A stretch of 64,000 nt of DNA from Octopus vulgaris. Lineage: Eukaryota. The notes under the pieces were generated by a model, which was given only the letters and a program-made list of their open reading frames with translations, ran no database searches and was not told where the DNA came from. This document shows positions 27,000-40,340 of this stretch, one piece after another. The DNA lies in contig OX597817.1 of the NCBI GenBank assembly GCA_951406725.2, positions 61,132,001-61,196,000 of the forward strand, written 5' to 3'. How positions within the stretch are numbered: the stretch's first letter is position 1; every line of letters begins with the position of its first letter. The position numbers and the translations under genes are program-made.

Positions 27000-28380
27000 C
27001 TGCGGCCGCTTTCTGAGTTGGGTAGATATATCCTGTCTGTCTGCTTTGGGATGGTGACTTCGGTATGCTTTTAATAGTTTTCTGGTCTTTCAATCAAAGT
27101 CTCTTAATTCACTAATCATCCAATTTATTATGTTAAATCTGTAATTTACGACTGGTACAGCTAATGTGTTTATCGTTATTGTTTTATCTTTAGCATTGAG
27201 TTCAGTGTTTAATATTATTCTAAACCTTCTGTAATATTCCCTCCTACTTTTTGCTTTCGTTTGTGTTGTATTTTAGCTGTTTCGTCTATTTCTAGATCCT
27301 GAAGACCTTGCCGAAGCTATGGACAAGTTTTAGAAGAATTTTAAAGTCATCCATTGATAGGAGCTGATTTATAGTTTGCTCATGGCATCTGTAACCTGCG
27401 GTGGTTTCATTTAACAAGTTTGTTAATGGGATCAGAGTAAGGTAGAAAGCAGGAAGAAATGAATCTTCTTGGAAGAGTCCTCTAATAGATATGAGACAGG
27501 TTTTAATAACATGTGATTCATTTTCCAATGTTATGCTGTTTTCCAATTTGTCATTGCATGGCTGATACATTTAATAGTGTAGAAGCTACTTTATTTGTGT
27601 GGAGAGACCTCAGTACCCATTAATGTAGAACACTGTCGAATGCTTTCTGATAACCACCAAGTAATGTTCTGGTTTGTTTTTCTCTGCTTACAGTCCTCGA
27701 TTCACCACAAGCTTCTCTTTACAAACTATGCATTCCTTTTTGTTTTCCAGCAATAGATAGCTAATGCGAGAGTTTCATGGGTTGTCGATAGGTCTGTTCT
27801 TGGCCTATAATCTTGTGTGTGTATAGTGATGTTTGATTTGGTGATTTTTTTTCTTCTTTGGTGTTTTTGTTTTTTGTGGTTTGTCCTTCCAGCATTCAGT
27901 TTGGTCTTGAGTCTGGTCTGCTTATTATTAAGTTAAATACTGGGTACTGCTGAGTTGTTTCAGCCAGAAGTTGGGGACCTTGTCTATCTCTGGTGTTTTC
28001 CAGTTACTGGTAGTCTTCGCTGAGTCCGTCATCCCTTGGCGTGTGATAGTGGACCATATCTGTGGTGATATTTTGCTCTTCTTTTTCTCACTTTATCCAT
28101 TGAGCAATTTTCTTGTTCTTTCTGTTTACTCCCTATTTCTTTCTCAGCATGACGAAATTTCTGATGTTCTTGGCTTATTACCCATTGGTATGATGTGTTT
28201 GCTTAAGTTTCTCTAAAATCTTTTTGCGTATATTTTTAATTCTGCATTTTCTCGGAAGAAAGCAACCACGTTTTTCGTACCATTGTATGCAACAATTTTT
28301 TGCTGCTATGCCCTTGCTTAAGGCTCTGCAGAGCATTCTATTCCAATCTTTCTGTAGGAGCTCTACAGGGCATTCTATCA
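27000..28380 (-). pseudogene. Degenerate R4-like LINE RT region
   Basis: RGLFQEDS...LTLIPLTNLL...TINQLLSMDDFK, with many stops. Confidence 0.65.
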
Positions 28381-28382
28381 TT

Positions 28383-28575
28383 ATTGAGTGAGAGAGCAGT
28401 GCATGCCATCAAAAAGACACCAGGGTAAGATATATGAAGCCCAATATACCCATCATGACTACCCATTGGATACGGATACACCAGGCACATGCATCACAAC
28501 CATATGTGTGCGACATAGGGATCTCATATCAAGATAAACAGCGCATGACCTTGCATGTGGGGCCCAGTTAGATAA
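28383..28575 (-). mobile_element. R4/Dong-like 3'UTR copy
   Basis: Reverse complement of ~195-380. Confidence 0.7.
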
Positions 28576-29568
28576 TACCTATGATGACACCTTGGACAGA
28601 GATAGGTGGTGTTGATTAGAGATACTTGCAGATATAGATATCTGCCAGTCTTCCTCAAAAATTCTTTGCTACACTTACCTATGTAGAGATATGGTCATTT
28701 TTGGCCATCTCCCGTCGAAGATACCAAGTAGACATGATCTTTGAACTCAGTATTTAGGGAACTCCAACGAATATTGCAAGCATTCTATATGGCGTTGAAA
28801 TGATTTTGCTATTCATTGTCACCATATTCGAAAGCATGAGATTGTGATTTCGATTCCCGGTCGGCGGTGCGTTGTGTTCTTGAGCAAAACGGTTCGCGTT
28901 GTTCCGTTCCACTGAGCTGTAAATGAGTAACTCTACAATGGACTAGCGTCACATTCAGGGGTAATATTTGTGATCTCGGTTATAAATACACCATGGAAAC
29001 CAGCGAACAGGCACAATGAGTGCTAGCAATCGAGACAGCCATGTCCAGGTGTTGACGATAATTGTGATGGCGATGTATTGTTACTTAGGAAAAGTTATCC
29101 CTGGCAAAACTGGAACAAGCGACGTTTAATGTTCAAGTTCTATTGAAGTCGCTTTATTATTTCTTTTTTCTATTCACTAAAACCAGGATTTGAAACCGGA
29201 ATGAGAATTGCCCTAAATACTGCAATTCGTTTGGCCCAACACTCTACAAATTCCACCAAACCACTGCTCTCAACATCCTGAAGAAAAATCAGCCTGAGGC
29301 CAAGTCAGACATTATTTGAATCGATTCAATAATAATAATAATAATAATAAAGTAAATAATCTTTTATCTGTTTTAGTCATCCGACTATGACCATACTGGA
29401 GCACCGCCCTGAAAGATTTTGGTCAAACTAATCGACTCCAGTACATATTCTTTTAAGGATTGGTACTTCTTCTATCGGTCTCTCTCGCCGAACCACATTG
29501 TTTTGGGAACGAAAACTCACCAACACCGATTGCCAAGTGGCGGTGAGGGGCAAACATAAACACAAAGA

Positions 29569-29615
<47 letters not shown>

Positions 29616-29887
29616 CTCACATAATACATTCTTAGACATACACATGCGCGTGCGCGACGAGTTTCTCCACATTTTCTATCTGCCAAATCCACTCATACGG
29701 CATTGGTTGGCGCAGAGCTCTTGTGGGAGACACTTGACCAAGGTGGCACGAAGTGGGACCCAATCAGAAACCATGTGGTTGGGAAGCAAATAAATAAATA
29801 TAAGTGTGGGTGGGGGGTGTTGGTGGGGGCTCGTGCATCTGTTAGAACTTATTGTTATTGTTTAAGATGCTGCTGCTGCTGATGATA

Positions 29888-29922
<35 letters not shown>

Positions 29923-30639
29923 GCTGATGATGATGATGATGAAGATGATAGTGATGATGGTTATTTAATACTCGTTCATGTTTCTGGGTTACACCAATTA
30001 CCTTTCGTCATGCTGGCTTACTTTGCTCACGTACAACAAGCATTATGTATATAATATGAGATAGAAAAAAAAAGAAACAATATTGTTTTACTTTTATACA
30101 ATTACATAAGAAGAACAGCAGCAGCAACAACAACAACAACAACAACAAGACTATTGGAAAGTAAAAAAAAATAAACGAAAAGGAAAAAAGCAAACTTAAA
30201 TTCGTAATAAAATTCCACCGAGAAAACAAATAGAGAAAAAGTAAAGTAAAAACAAGAAAAAGCAAGAAAAAAAATGTGTGAGGGATAAATAAGAAAAAAG
30301 CTGGAGGAAGAGGAGGAGGAGGAGGAGAAGAAGAAGAAGAAGAAGAAGAAGAAGAAGAAGAGGAGGTGGAGGAGCAGTGAAAGAGAGGGAGGAGTGGAAG
30401 AGGTGCAACGGGAAGGGGGAGGAGAAAATGTTAAGTAGCTGGATGTAAAGAACAGACTGTATAAGGGGAGGAGGGGGTTAAGTGAATATAGAGACAACGC
30501 GAACGAGAACAACAACAACAACAGCAACAACAGTAAACCATGACAAAACAAGTAAAAAATGAGATCAAGACAAAGGACAGGAATAATAGCAGTAAGAAAG
30601 AAAAATGAAGGAAAACATTTAGTGGACAGAATGAAGAAG

Positions 30640-30862
30640 GAGAAGGGGGAGGAGGAGGAGGAGGAGGAGGAGGAGGAGAAGAAGAAGAAGAAGAAGAAGA
30701 AGAAGAAGAAGAAGAAGAAGAAAAAGAAGAAAAAGAAGAAAAAGAAGAAAAAGAAGAAGAAGAAAAAGACGAAGAAGAAGAAGAAGAAGAAGAAGAAGAA
30801 GAAGAAGAAGAAGAAGAAGAAGAAGAAGAAGAAGAAGATGATGATGATGATGATGATGATGA
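30640..30862. repeat. (GAG)n-(GAA)n-(GAT)n purine tract
   Basis: Direct reading. Confidence 0.97.
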
Positions 30863-31671
30863 AGGCCAGTCGGTCGGAGGGTGACTCATTTGCCGCAGAG
30901 TGGACTGAAGCAATGTGAAATGAAATGTTTTGCTCAAGAACGTAACCGCACCGCCCGTTCCAGGGATCGAAACTCCGAACCTGTTATCGTGAGCGCAGCA
31001 CCCTGACCACTAAATTATGCCCCTTTACCAACTAACAATGCCAAAAAAGCACAGCTCAAGATTCGATGGTGTAAACACGAGCGATAAACAGAGTATTCTG
31101 AGTAGCTGAGCATTATAGATGTCGCTGCGTTGCGCTTTTGCGGGTGAAATTGAATCTTTAATCACTGATCCGTGTTATCACATATCAATCCGTGATAGGC
31201 GTAACAAGGTTCACAATTGATTGTGCCGTCTTATCTCAAATCAGCGATGAATGAATCAATAATAAACAAAGGTGGATGAGTTTGAGAGTAAGATTCGCTA
31301 CTTCTTTATTGGTTTCCTTCCTGATACTAAAATGTTCAGAAATTGCAGAGACAAGACGCATCTGAAGAGACATCTCAGGAATCAATTGACATCGGATACT
31401 TCACACTTCTTAACAAAAACTCATTTACACACACACACATACACACATACGCTCTCTTAACCGCAAAGGTAATAGAATACCTAACCAGTGGAGCGCCAGA
31501 CTAAATAGCTTTAAGTATTTAGTCGTGTCTCTGTTTCAATTCCTCCCGAGGCTACTGTATACACGCCGGTCATTTAAATCATATCGACACACAGCTCTGA
31601 CCTATTTTTGAATTATTTTACCGTATATAATAAATCAACAAATACTCGTGCATACACACACACACACACAC

Positions 31672-31793
<122 letters not shown>

Positions 31794-31816
31794 TGATAGA
31801 TAGATGAATCTGAGTG

Positions 31817-31863
<47 letters not shown>

Positions 31864-32316
31864 ATTTATATGTGTGTATAATTATAGATCCATATACACA
31901 CATGCGCACACACACATATATATATACCCCCAAACACACACACGTAATCAACAATAAATATCAGCAGACACTCCAATTAAGTTCTGTGTGTGTGTGTATG
32001 TGTGTGTGTGTGTGTGGGCGTAGCGTGTGTGTGAATATGTAAACAAAATTAAATAAATACAGACAGCAAAATATTCTCACGGCGAATATCAACAAACATT
32101 ACACTCTACACGCACACACATACACACGCACTCACACATTCACACAAATACCATCAACACGCACACAGAGACACTACATTCACATACACATACACACATA
32201 CACATATAGACACGCACACGCATATAGGCATACAAACATACATTAACAAATTCATTTACTCTTTCACATTCAAAACCATCATTTGGAAGTGATCCAAAAG
32301 AAACTTTAGTTTCATA

Positions 32317-32363
<47 letters not shown>

Positions 32364-32379
32364 ATACATATATACACAC

Positions 32380-32466
<87 letters not shown>

Positions 32467-32467
<1 letters not shown>

Positions 32468-33275
32468 TCCCATATTCTTAGATTATGGAGTATATGAGTC
32501 TATTTGGTATTGCATCGAACGTTGAGCGGTTGTTTGAAAGAAGTATTGCGAAGTGGAGGATGGAACTGGCAGCATAAGGAAGATGTTTAGGGACAGTAGA
32601 AATTAAAAGGGGCATCTTCCAAGGGGACTGCTTGTCCCCACTGATATTTGTACTGTGCTTGATACCACTAACACTGATTCTGAGGAAAGCAAAAGCTGGG
32701 TATGTATTCAAAAGCTGCCAGCAAAAAGTCAACCATTTGTTATTCATGGATGACCTCAAACTTTATGGTAAAGATGAAGCCCAAGTCAGTTCCCTCGTTG
32801 ATATGGTGTATACTTTCAGTGCTGATATCAGTATGGAGTTTGGACTGAGAAAGTGTGGTGTGTTAGTCTTGAAGAGAGGGAAAATCAAATGTATGGACGG
32901 GATAACGACACCTTCGGGGGAAGTAATGAAGCAGACAGAAGAGACGGGCTATAAGTACTTGAAGATATTGGAAATGGATAAATTGATGGAGAAAGAAATG
33001 ACAGAAAAATTTGAGGTGGAGTACTTGCGCAGACTGAGACTGATCCTTAAGTCGAAATTAAACGGACAGAATAAGATTGAAGCTATCAACACCTGAGCGG
33101 TTTCACTCCTTCGATACAGAGCAGGGATAATCGCATGGACAGTAGACGAACTAAATAGCTTAGACAGAAAGACAAGGAAGTTGCTGACTAGATATGGGAT
33201 ACTCCACCTAAAAAGTGACACAGACAGACTGTATGTACCAAGAAAAAGAGCGGGAAGAGGACTTATTGGATGCGT
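32467..33275 (+). pseudogene. R4/Dong-like LINE RT fragment beginning at (AAT)n
   Basis: GIFQGDCLSPLIFVLCLIPLT...VNHLLFMDDLKLYGK...YKYL...NKIEAINT...RLYVPRKRAGRGL. (AAT)n at 32384-32466. Confidence 0.85.
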
Positions 33276-34224
33276 ACTTAGGTGATGAATGTCTTCCACG
33301 TTAATTAACATCCAATTATCAAAGCTTATGATGTGCAGAAAGAGACCTTGTGAGACCTCTGATAAGAGGCTGCTGTCCGCTCTCACTGATTCAACCAGAG
33401 CAAACAAGACTGAGCGCTCTGAGAAGTAAAACAATAATAATGATTACAATTGTGGAGTCTCTAGGTACGAACATAATCCATTCCTGAGCCTTGTTCGTTG
33501 ACCCAATTTTTCGTTCCATGAGTTATGGAAATACATGTAGAGGCAATCCACTCCAAGCCACTTCCAAACACTTTGTAAAGGAATGAAAGGAAAATGTATT
33601 TGGTTTATCCGTAAATAGCATAAATATATGCGTATATGTATATATGAATGTGCGTGAACGTTCTTCCCTTTGTCTTGCTTCTGTCAATCCATGATTATAC
33701 TTTTAGCAAGAATAAGAAATATTACTTTTATAGGAAATCTAATAATTTGCGAGTTCAATGAAATGCGTACACGGACATTAACAACCGTTTATACACGCTC
33801 TCCCCGGGCACTTATATGTGTGCGTAATCTATTTGTGGAGTTCCAGTTTCAGTTCGTTGGTTAAATATGTCTTCAAAACTATTCGCCACACAATGTCTTC
33901 ATTTAACACACCGTTTGTTTATGCTCTTCCAACAACTTATACGCATGAGCAGTCATCATCTCGCTGTTTGTTATTCAAATCTGAAATCGTTAAGTGAATG
34001 GTTTTCCAGCCACTTTCACGCGAGCGTCGTCTACTCGTGGTTCGTTAATCAAAGCTCAGTCCGTTATGCAACTTTAATTTTCTTCTGAAAAAAACGTTCG
34101 TCATTCAATCTGTTCTTTTAAAGGATCATTCGTATGTGTAGTCTGTTATACTCGAGAACTTGCAACCGTATTGCGTTCATACCAACCATTGAGTGATAAC
34201 TGACTAGAAATACGAAAATACTGA

Positions 34225-34442
34225 AGGTGGCGAGCTGGCAGAAACGTTAGCACGCCGGACGAAATGCGTAGCCGTATTTCGTCTGCCGTTACGTTCTGAG
34301 TTCAAATTCCGCCGAGGTCGACTTTGCCTTTCATCCTTTCGGGGTCGATAAATAAAGTACCAGTTTTGCGCTGGGGATCGATGTAATCGAGTTAATCCGT
34401 TTGTCCCCTCTGTGTTTAGCCCCTTGTGGGTAGTAAAGAAAT
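34225..34442 (+). mobile_element. Meta-like tRNA SINE, near-consensus copy
   Basis: Complete head, core and tail. Confidence 0.88.
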
Positions 34443-35045
34443 ATATAAAATACGAAAATAGTGGAAATCAGTGAGAGACGACATACATACATGAAAGAAA
34501 GACATGGTTGTTGCAAGCAATACTACGTTACTTTAAGAAACGTTTCTTAGTTTGTGTAGAAAGATTAGCAACTGCTAACAGGTAAAGTTCAAGTTTTAAG
34601 TATTTTCCTGCTTGAGCCTTTACTGTTGTGAAGAGCGACCAACTCGTTTATTTGTATTGTTACTAAATAGGTTAGTGTCATTGATAAGGATGTCATTATC
34701 TTCGACAAATGTTTGCATTATGCTCCAACCCTACGCAGTTAATCTGTTCTCATTTGATACGGTGCAGATAGTGACCTCGTTGACAAAAGCCGAATGCAAT
34801 GAACGAAGTCATTTTTAGCAGGTGCAAATGGAGCATTTGAAATTGTTTATGGTTTCGAAGGTAAAGTCTATGTCATGGAAAGATAAAAGTTCACCTGTCA
34901 TGTAAGATCACAGGTTCACACACACACTCAGGCACATATACATATTTTCCCACTCACATGCACGCGCACACATAGACACGCACACATACTTTCGCATGCA
35001 CACTCACACACATATACATAATATAGATATGCAACCCGCCTGCCT

Positions 35046-35372
35046 GGCACTCCGTCGGTTGCGACGAGTGTTCCAGTTGACTTAATCACACGAACAGCCT
35101 ACTCACGGAATTAATATGCAAGAGGCTGAGCACGCCACAGGCATGTGTACCCTTAACGTAGTTCTCATGGGGATTCCGCATGGCACCGAATGTGACAAGG
35201 CTGGTCCTTTGAAATACAGGTACTACTCTCATTTTTGCCGACTGAAAGGACAGGAACAACATGGAATTAAGTGTCTTGCTCAAGAATACAACGCTCCGCC
35301 TAGAATCGAACTCACGACCACCTTACAATCGTGAACCGAATGCCCTAACCACTAAAATACGCGCCTTCACAG
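35046..35372 (-). mobile_element. OR-like tRNA SINE
   Basis: Tail shared with 63152-63532. Confidence 0.75.
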
Positions 35373-36076
35373 TATGCATACAGACATACAGATAGACATA
35401 CAGCCAGCCAGCCAGCCAGATAGATAGATAGATACGCTTACACACATATGCTAACACACACACATACGATCACGCGCACACATACATACATGTGTATATA
35501 TACTGAACCACGCGCACACATACATATCTTGTCCACATAACTCACCAAGACCAATCAAGCACACAACAGAAGCAAATTCCCCAAACGTATCGAAAGACCT
35601 TTCTGCAAGCATTGTGCCATCGAGCGTGACGTTGGCGAAATCCAAAACACACATTTCTTTCCGATGAGACAAACCACAAGTTGTCTTCCAATCTCATTAA
35701 ACAGGAATTATTTAGTAAAACGAATCATAAAAACCGAACTTTCTGCTTTATCGCCGGTCATTTTTATTTGTTTCAATCATTTGACTGCGGCCAAGCTGGG
35801 GCACTGCTTCGGAAGGTTTTAGTCGAAGAAATCGATATCATCATTTATGTTTTTGATTCGTTTCGAAGTATGCTACTTATTCTACGGATTCCTTTTGCTG
35901 GATCATTATGTTACGAGGACGTAAACAATACGACATCGGTTGTCAAGCGGTAGGTGACAAACTCAAGACACCATCATAGATAGACATAGACATCTCTCTC
36001 TCTTCACTCACACACACACATACACACAAACACACACGCGCGCACGCGCACGCATACACATACACACACCCACACA

Positions 36077-36305
36077 TTGTTATATTTCGGGACGGTCATT
36101 TTTTCTTGCCAAATGAAAACACGCATTATATATTCGTTCTTCACTTGTTTATTATTGTTCTTATTTTATGTCCATTGTCTGAAAATCTTTCGTCACACAT
36201 CCTGTGATCTCTTTAGCGATTCTCCATCCTACGTATCGCTTCCTATTCGAATTTATAGTATGTTTATTTCGCATCCCGAAATAATGTCATCCCGAAATAT
36301 AACAA
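36077..36305. mobile_element. MITE with ~23-bp TIRs
   Basis: TTGTTATATTTCGGGACGGTCATT ... AATGTCATCCCGAAATATAACAA, followed by TA. Confidence 0.75.
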
Positions 36306-36361
36306 TATCAGTTTCAACATACGATTTTACACCAGGAATCTTGCAAAGCAAATCTATGAAC

Positions 36362-36399
<38 letters not shown>

Positions 36400-36556
36400 T
36401 TGCATAGCAAGTGAGATGCAGCACGAAGTTTTGTCAGTGAACAGGTGTCGGTCTCAAAGCGACGAAAATATTTTGACAAATTAAATTTAAATGTTGAAGT
36501 GAATCTAACGGTTTTGTGTGTTTCTTAAATGGCTTATAAACACCTTCCACGCTGCA

Positions 36557-36625
<69 letters not shown>

Positions 36626-36943
36626 GTATATACAAATTGAAACCTCGGTTTACGAATTTAATTCATTCCTGAACGTTGTTCGTTAACTGATATGTTCACA
36701 TATCAAATTAAAGAGGAGGCACTGAGAATTCGAACGGAGATGTGCACAGAGCGAGGAGCTAGACAGCAACTGACGCTCTTCCGATAGATTTCCAAGCTTG
36801 GCGCCGGCTTGCTTGTTCGTTACACCTTTTTACAATACATATTAGTGGGATATCCCAGAAACAGCTGTAGGTATTTGAATTTTTTCCCCCAATAATAATA
36901 ATAATGTATATGACTTGCCTTCCCGTTTGTTGCCCTCTTTAAC

Positions 36944-36992
<49 letters not shown>

Positions 36993-36995
<3 letters not shown>

Positions 36996-37141
36996 CGGGA
37001 AGCTTTATGAAAATAGGTGGAAAACAAACAAGCAATTGTATTAGTATCAGGAAATATATAAAACAAGTCTTTAACGTTTCGAGCCTATCGCTCTTCAACA
37101 GAAAGATACACAGAGAGAAAAAACACAGAAAGAAGGAGAGA

Positions 37142-37145
<4 letters not shown>
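36993..37145 (-). mobile_element. Solo PLE pLTR (family of 16444-18519) in (TA)n
   Basis: Similar to the reverse complement of 18340-18519, including the hammerhead-like motif. Confidence 0.8.
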
Positions 37146-37200
<55 letters not shown>

Positions 37201-38489
37201 GGTTTGTATGATTGTGTGTAGTTAAACATTTCTTTCACGACCTGGGACCTTGAAGACTGCTTAAATGCGAGAAAGTATACTAGTCCCTTAATATTTGATA
37301 TTCAATATTTTATCTATTCAATAAGACAATCAATACTTCATTTCATTTGACAATATATATTATTTATACTATATACTCTATATTCTACATTAATATTATA
37401 AAGAATACAAATAAAACATAAAAAACAGTGTTGGAATTCCTTTGAATAATATATATATATAGAGAGAGAGAGAGTGAAATTGTAAAAAGCATTTGCCCAA
37501 GGTGCGCGGCGCATTGAGATTGAACTCGAAACCACATGATTTCAAGAGAGATTCTGAATCACACAGCCATGCACGCTTCTCTCTATTTTATCACAAAAGA
37601 TTTTGTTATAAAACAGCTTAAGAGACAAACATCAAAATATTTGAAAAATCAACGACTTTAGTGTGTTTACACCTTTACCTCGGTATGTGTGACGATCCTC
37701 AATTTCTATTTAGATTCAGACACCAATCCTCAAAATAAATATTTCTCTTTTTTTTTTTGCATACTTCCTTTGAGCTTTTTAAAAAATCCTTTTACGCATG
37801 AAATCCTTTTATCTTTTTGCTGTCACGAAAGGTGTTTTTCCAGCATTAATAATATCATATATATTTCAAAAGTTGACTTTAAAATACTTTTGACGTCTAT
37901 TGTTGAAATCTGAGATCTTTTCTGTAAAGTTTATTGCAGCTAAAACAGATGTAGACATTTCGTCTCGTTTTACCAAATCCTGTACAATTAGAGTTTTTTT
38001 GTTGTTTTTTTTCTGCTCTCAACCAGTTATTAATGTATCTCTGACGAAGTAAACATATGTATTTTTGTCTTTCTCTTGTACACAATTACAAGAAATATAC
38101 GAGTACGGGAGGTCTGATACTTTTAATGTTCTTATATATGTATTCTGATCCGTATGACCAATGTGATATTTTAGTGTGCTAAATAGATTTAAGCATGGTA
38201 GATATCCAGATATGACTACGTTGAGTTCTTTAAATATCCCTTTACTCATGCAGTACTTCCTTTTTATCATTACGGCCGTTTTTTTTTTCTGACAGAACAA
38301 ACATCCATCCATCCATCCATCCATCCATCAATACATACATACATACATACATACATACATACATACATACATACATACATGCATACATACATAAATACAT
38401 ACATACATACATACATACATACATGCATACATACATACATACATACATACATACATACATACATACATACATACATACATACATACATA

Positions 38490-38645
38490 GACTCCAGATA
38501 ATATGGAACTCAGAGCATTTAAGAAGACTGTATATCACAATGCTTTTGCAGTACCAGTGTTAGTGCCAACATTTGGGTTATTCGACCGGACCCTAGATGA
38601 CGTAGGCAGCTTGGACATCAAAACCAAAAAGGTACTGGCTACCAC
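38490..38645 (+). pseudogene. R4-like LINE fragment
   Basis: HNAFAVPVLVPTFG...LDIKTKKVL. Confidence 0.5.
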
Positions 38646-38700
38646 TCTCTCTATCTCTCTATCTCTCTCTCTATATATATATATATGCATGTGTATATCG

Positions 38701-38731
<31 letters not shown>

Positions 38732-38738
<7 letters not shown>

Positions 38739-39034
38739 ATCACGTGACCGACCAGACATCAGATGTTGCTACACATCGCTGGTCACAATGCGTTCGCATT
38801 GTTTTTAGCCTTCGAATGACGCCACCCCGCTGGCTAAACGAGCAGGCCAACAGACGAAAGAGTGAGAGAAAGAGTGGTAAAAGGGTACAGCAGGGATCAC
38901 CACCCCCTACCGGAATCTCGTGGAGCTTTTTAGGTGTTTTCGCTCAATAAACACTCACAACGCCCGGTCTGGGAATCGAAACCGCGATCCTGCAACCACG
39001 AGTCCGCTGCCCTAACCACTGTGCCATTGCGCCG

Positions 39035-39035
<1 letters not shown>
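38732..39035 (-). mobile_element. OR-like tRNA SINE
   Basis: GGCGCAATGGCACAGTGGTTAGGGCAGCGG...GGTTTCGATTCCC; tail also seen at 50437-50560. Confidence 0.85.
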
Positions 39036-39072
<37 letters not shown>

Positions 39073-39432
39073 TATATATATATATATATATATATATACA
39101 TACATGTATGTATGTATGTGTGTATGTATGTATGTATGTATGTATGCATGTGTGTGTGTATATATCTTGTGACATTTTCTCCGTTTCCTCTTTTTTTTTG
39201 TTTGTGTTGCCGCACATATTCGTTTTCTTTCTTCCAAAAATGCCCTTAGCTTAGATTTTGGGACCTACCAATTTTGAACAGTCTCAAGTCTAACAGGACG
39301 AAAGCGTAATGATGATTGGAAGCTTGACTGATGAAAGAAACCTACGAATGTTCCGTCCTGGGTTTTCCTGTCCGTCTTTAACTCGTCCATCTGTCTGTAT
39401 GTCTTTTTTGTCGTCCGTTACCTTCTTATTCC

Positions 39433-39490
<58 letters not shown>

Positions 39491-39523
39491 TTACATACAA
39501 GACCCAAAAGGGTACGGGCGCCG

Positions 39524-39577
<54 letters not shown>

Positions 39578-39666
39578 AGGAAAAATTTTTTAAAAAAATG
39601 CAGAATGCTCAAATGAAAGAAAATTTTAATAAAATGAGAAAATGATAAAATATATAAATGTATATT

Positions 39667-39707
39667 TATTCAACCGGTTTTCGTCATTGTATGACTTGTC
39701 AAGAATA
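39667..39707 (-). ncRNA. pLTR hammerhead-like motif (U3-A8 core)
   Basis: TATTC-TTGACAA-GTCA tacaa TGAC-GAAA-ACCGGTT-GAATA; identical copy at 44264-44304. Confidence 0.65.
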
Positions 39708-40340
39708 TTTATGTTTTAAGAAGTTTTTTTTTTAAATTAGAAAGGGAAAAAAAGAAAATTACATTGTTTTTTGTAAAAGAATAATGATAAAAATGTACAA
39801 AAATTAAAAAATAAGTTCTCCGATACATTGTGAGTTCGTTGTGTATCTTGCGTTTTATGGTTGTTTACGAAAAAATTACCTTGAGGTGTTAAGATCCAAA
39901 GGGATTAAGAGCATGTGTTGTGTTGTGTTGTTAAATTCAGCATGTTTGCAGGACAGGAAGTAGTAGTAATTGTGGTCCTGGTTCTTCAGTTCCTGTGTTG
40001 TGAGTAAGGGGAGACAACTCTTTTGAGTTCTTCAATAAAACCCAAATTATAAAATTATCATTTTAGCTTCATTTGCATTATCTTTTTTATATAATTGCTT
40101 GTTAACTTAACTTTCAGATTTTAACACTTTATTTACATTATTTTCTAATAATATAAATCTGCATAGACAATTGCATTTCAAATTGTCATATCATTTATAA
40201 TAAAAATGATAGTAATAACAACAATAGTAAAAATGATATTTAAAGAATATAAGTTTTAGCTTGAAGTGATGAATGCATGGTATCTTTATATATTTGTGTT
40301 AGTCCATCCATGAAAAGTGAGGTAGAGAAAGGAAGTTTGA

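Noticed and set aside
30559-30918. Poly-Lys/Glu ORF
   Set aside because: A (GAA)n tract only.
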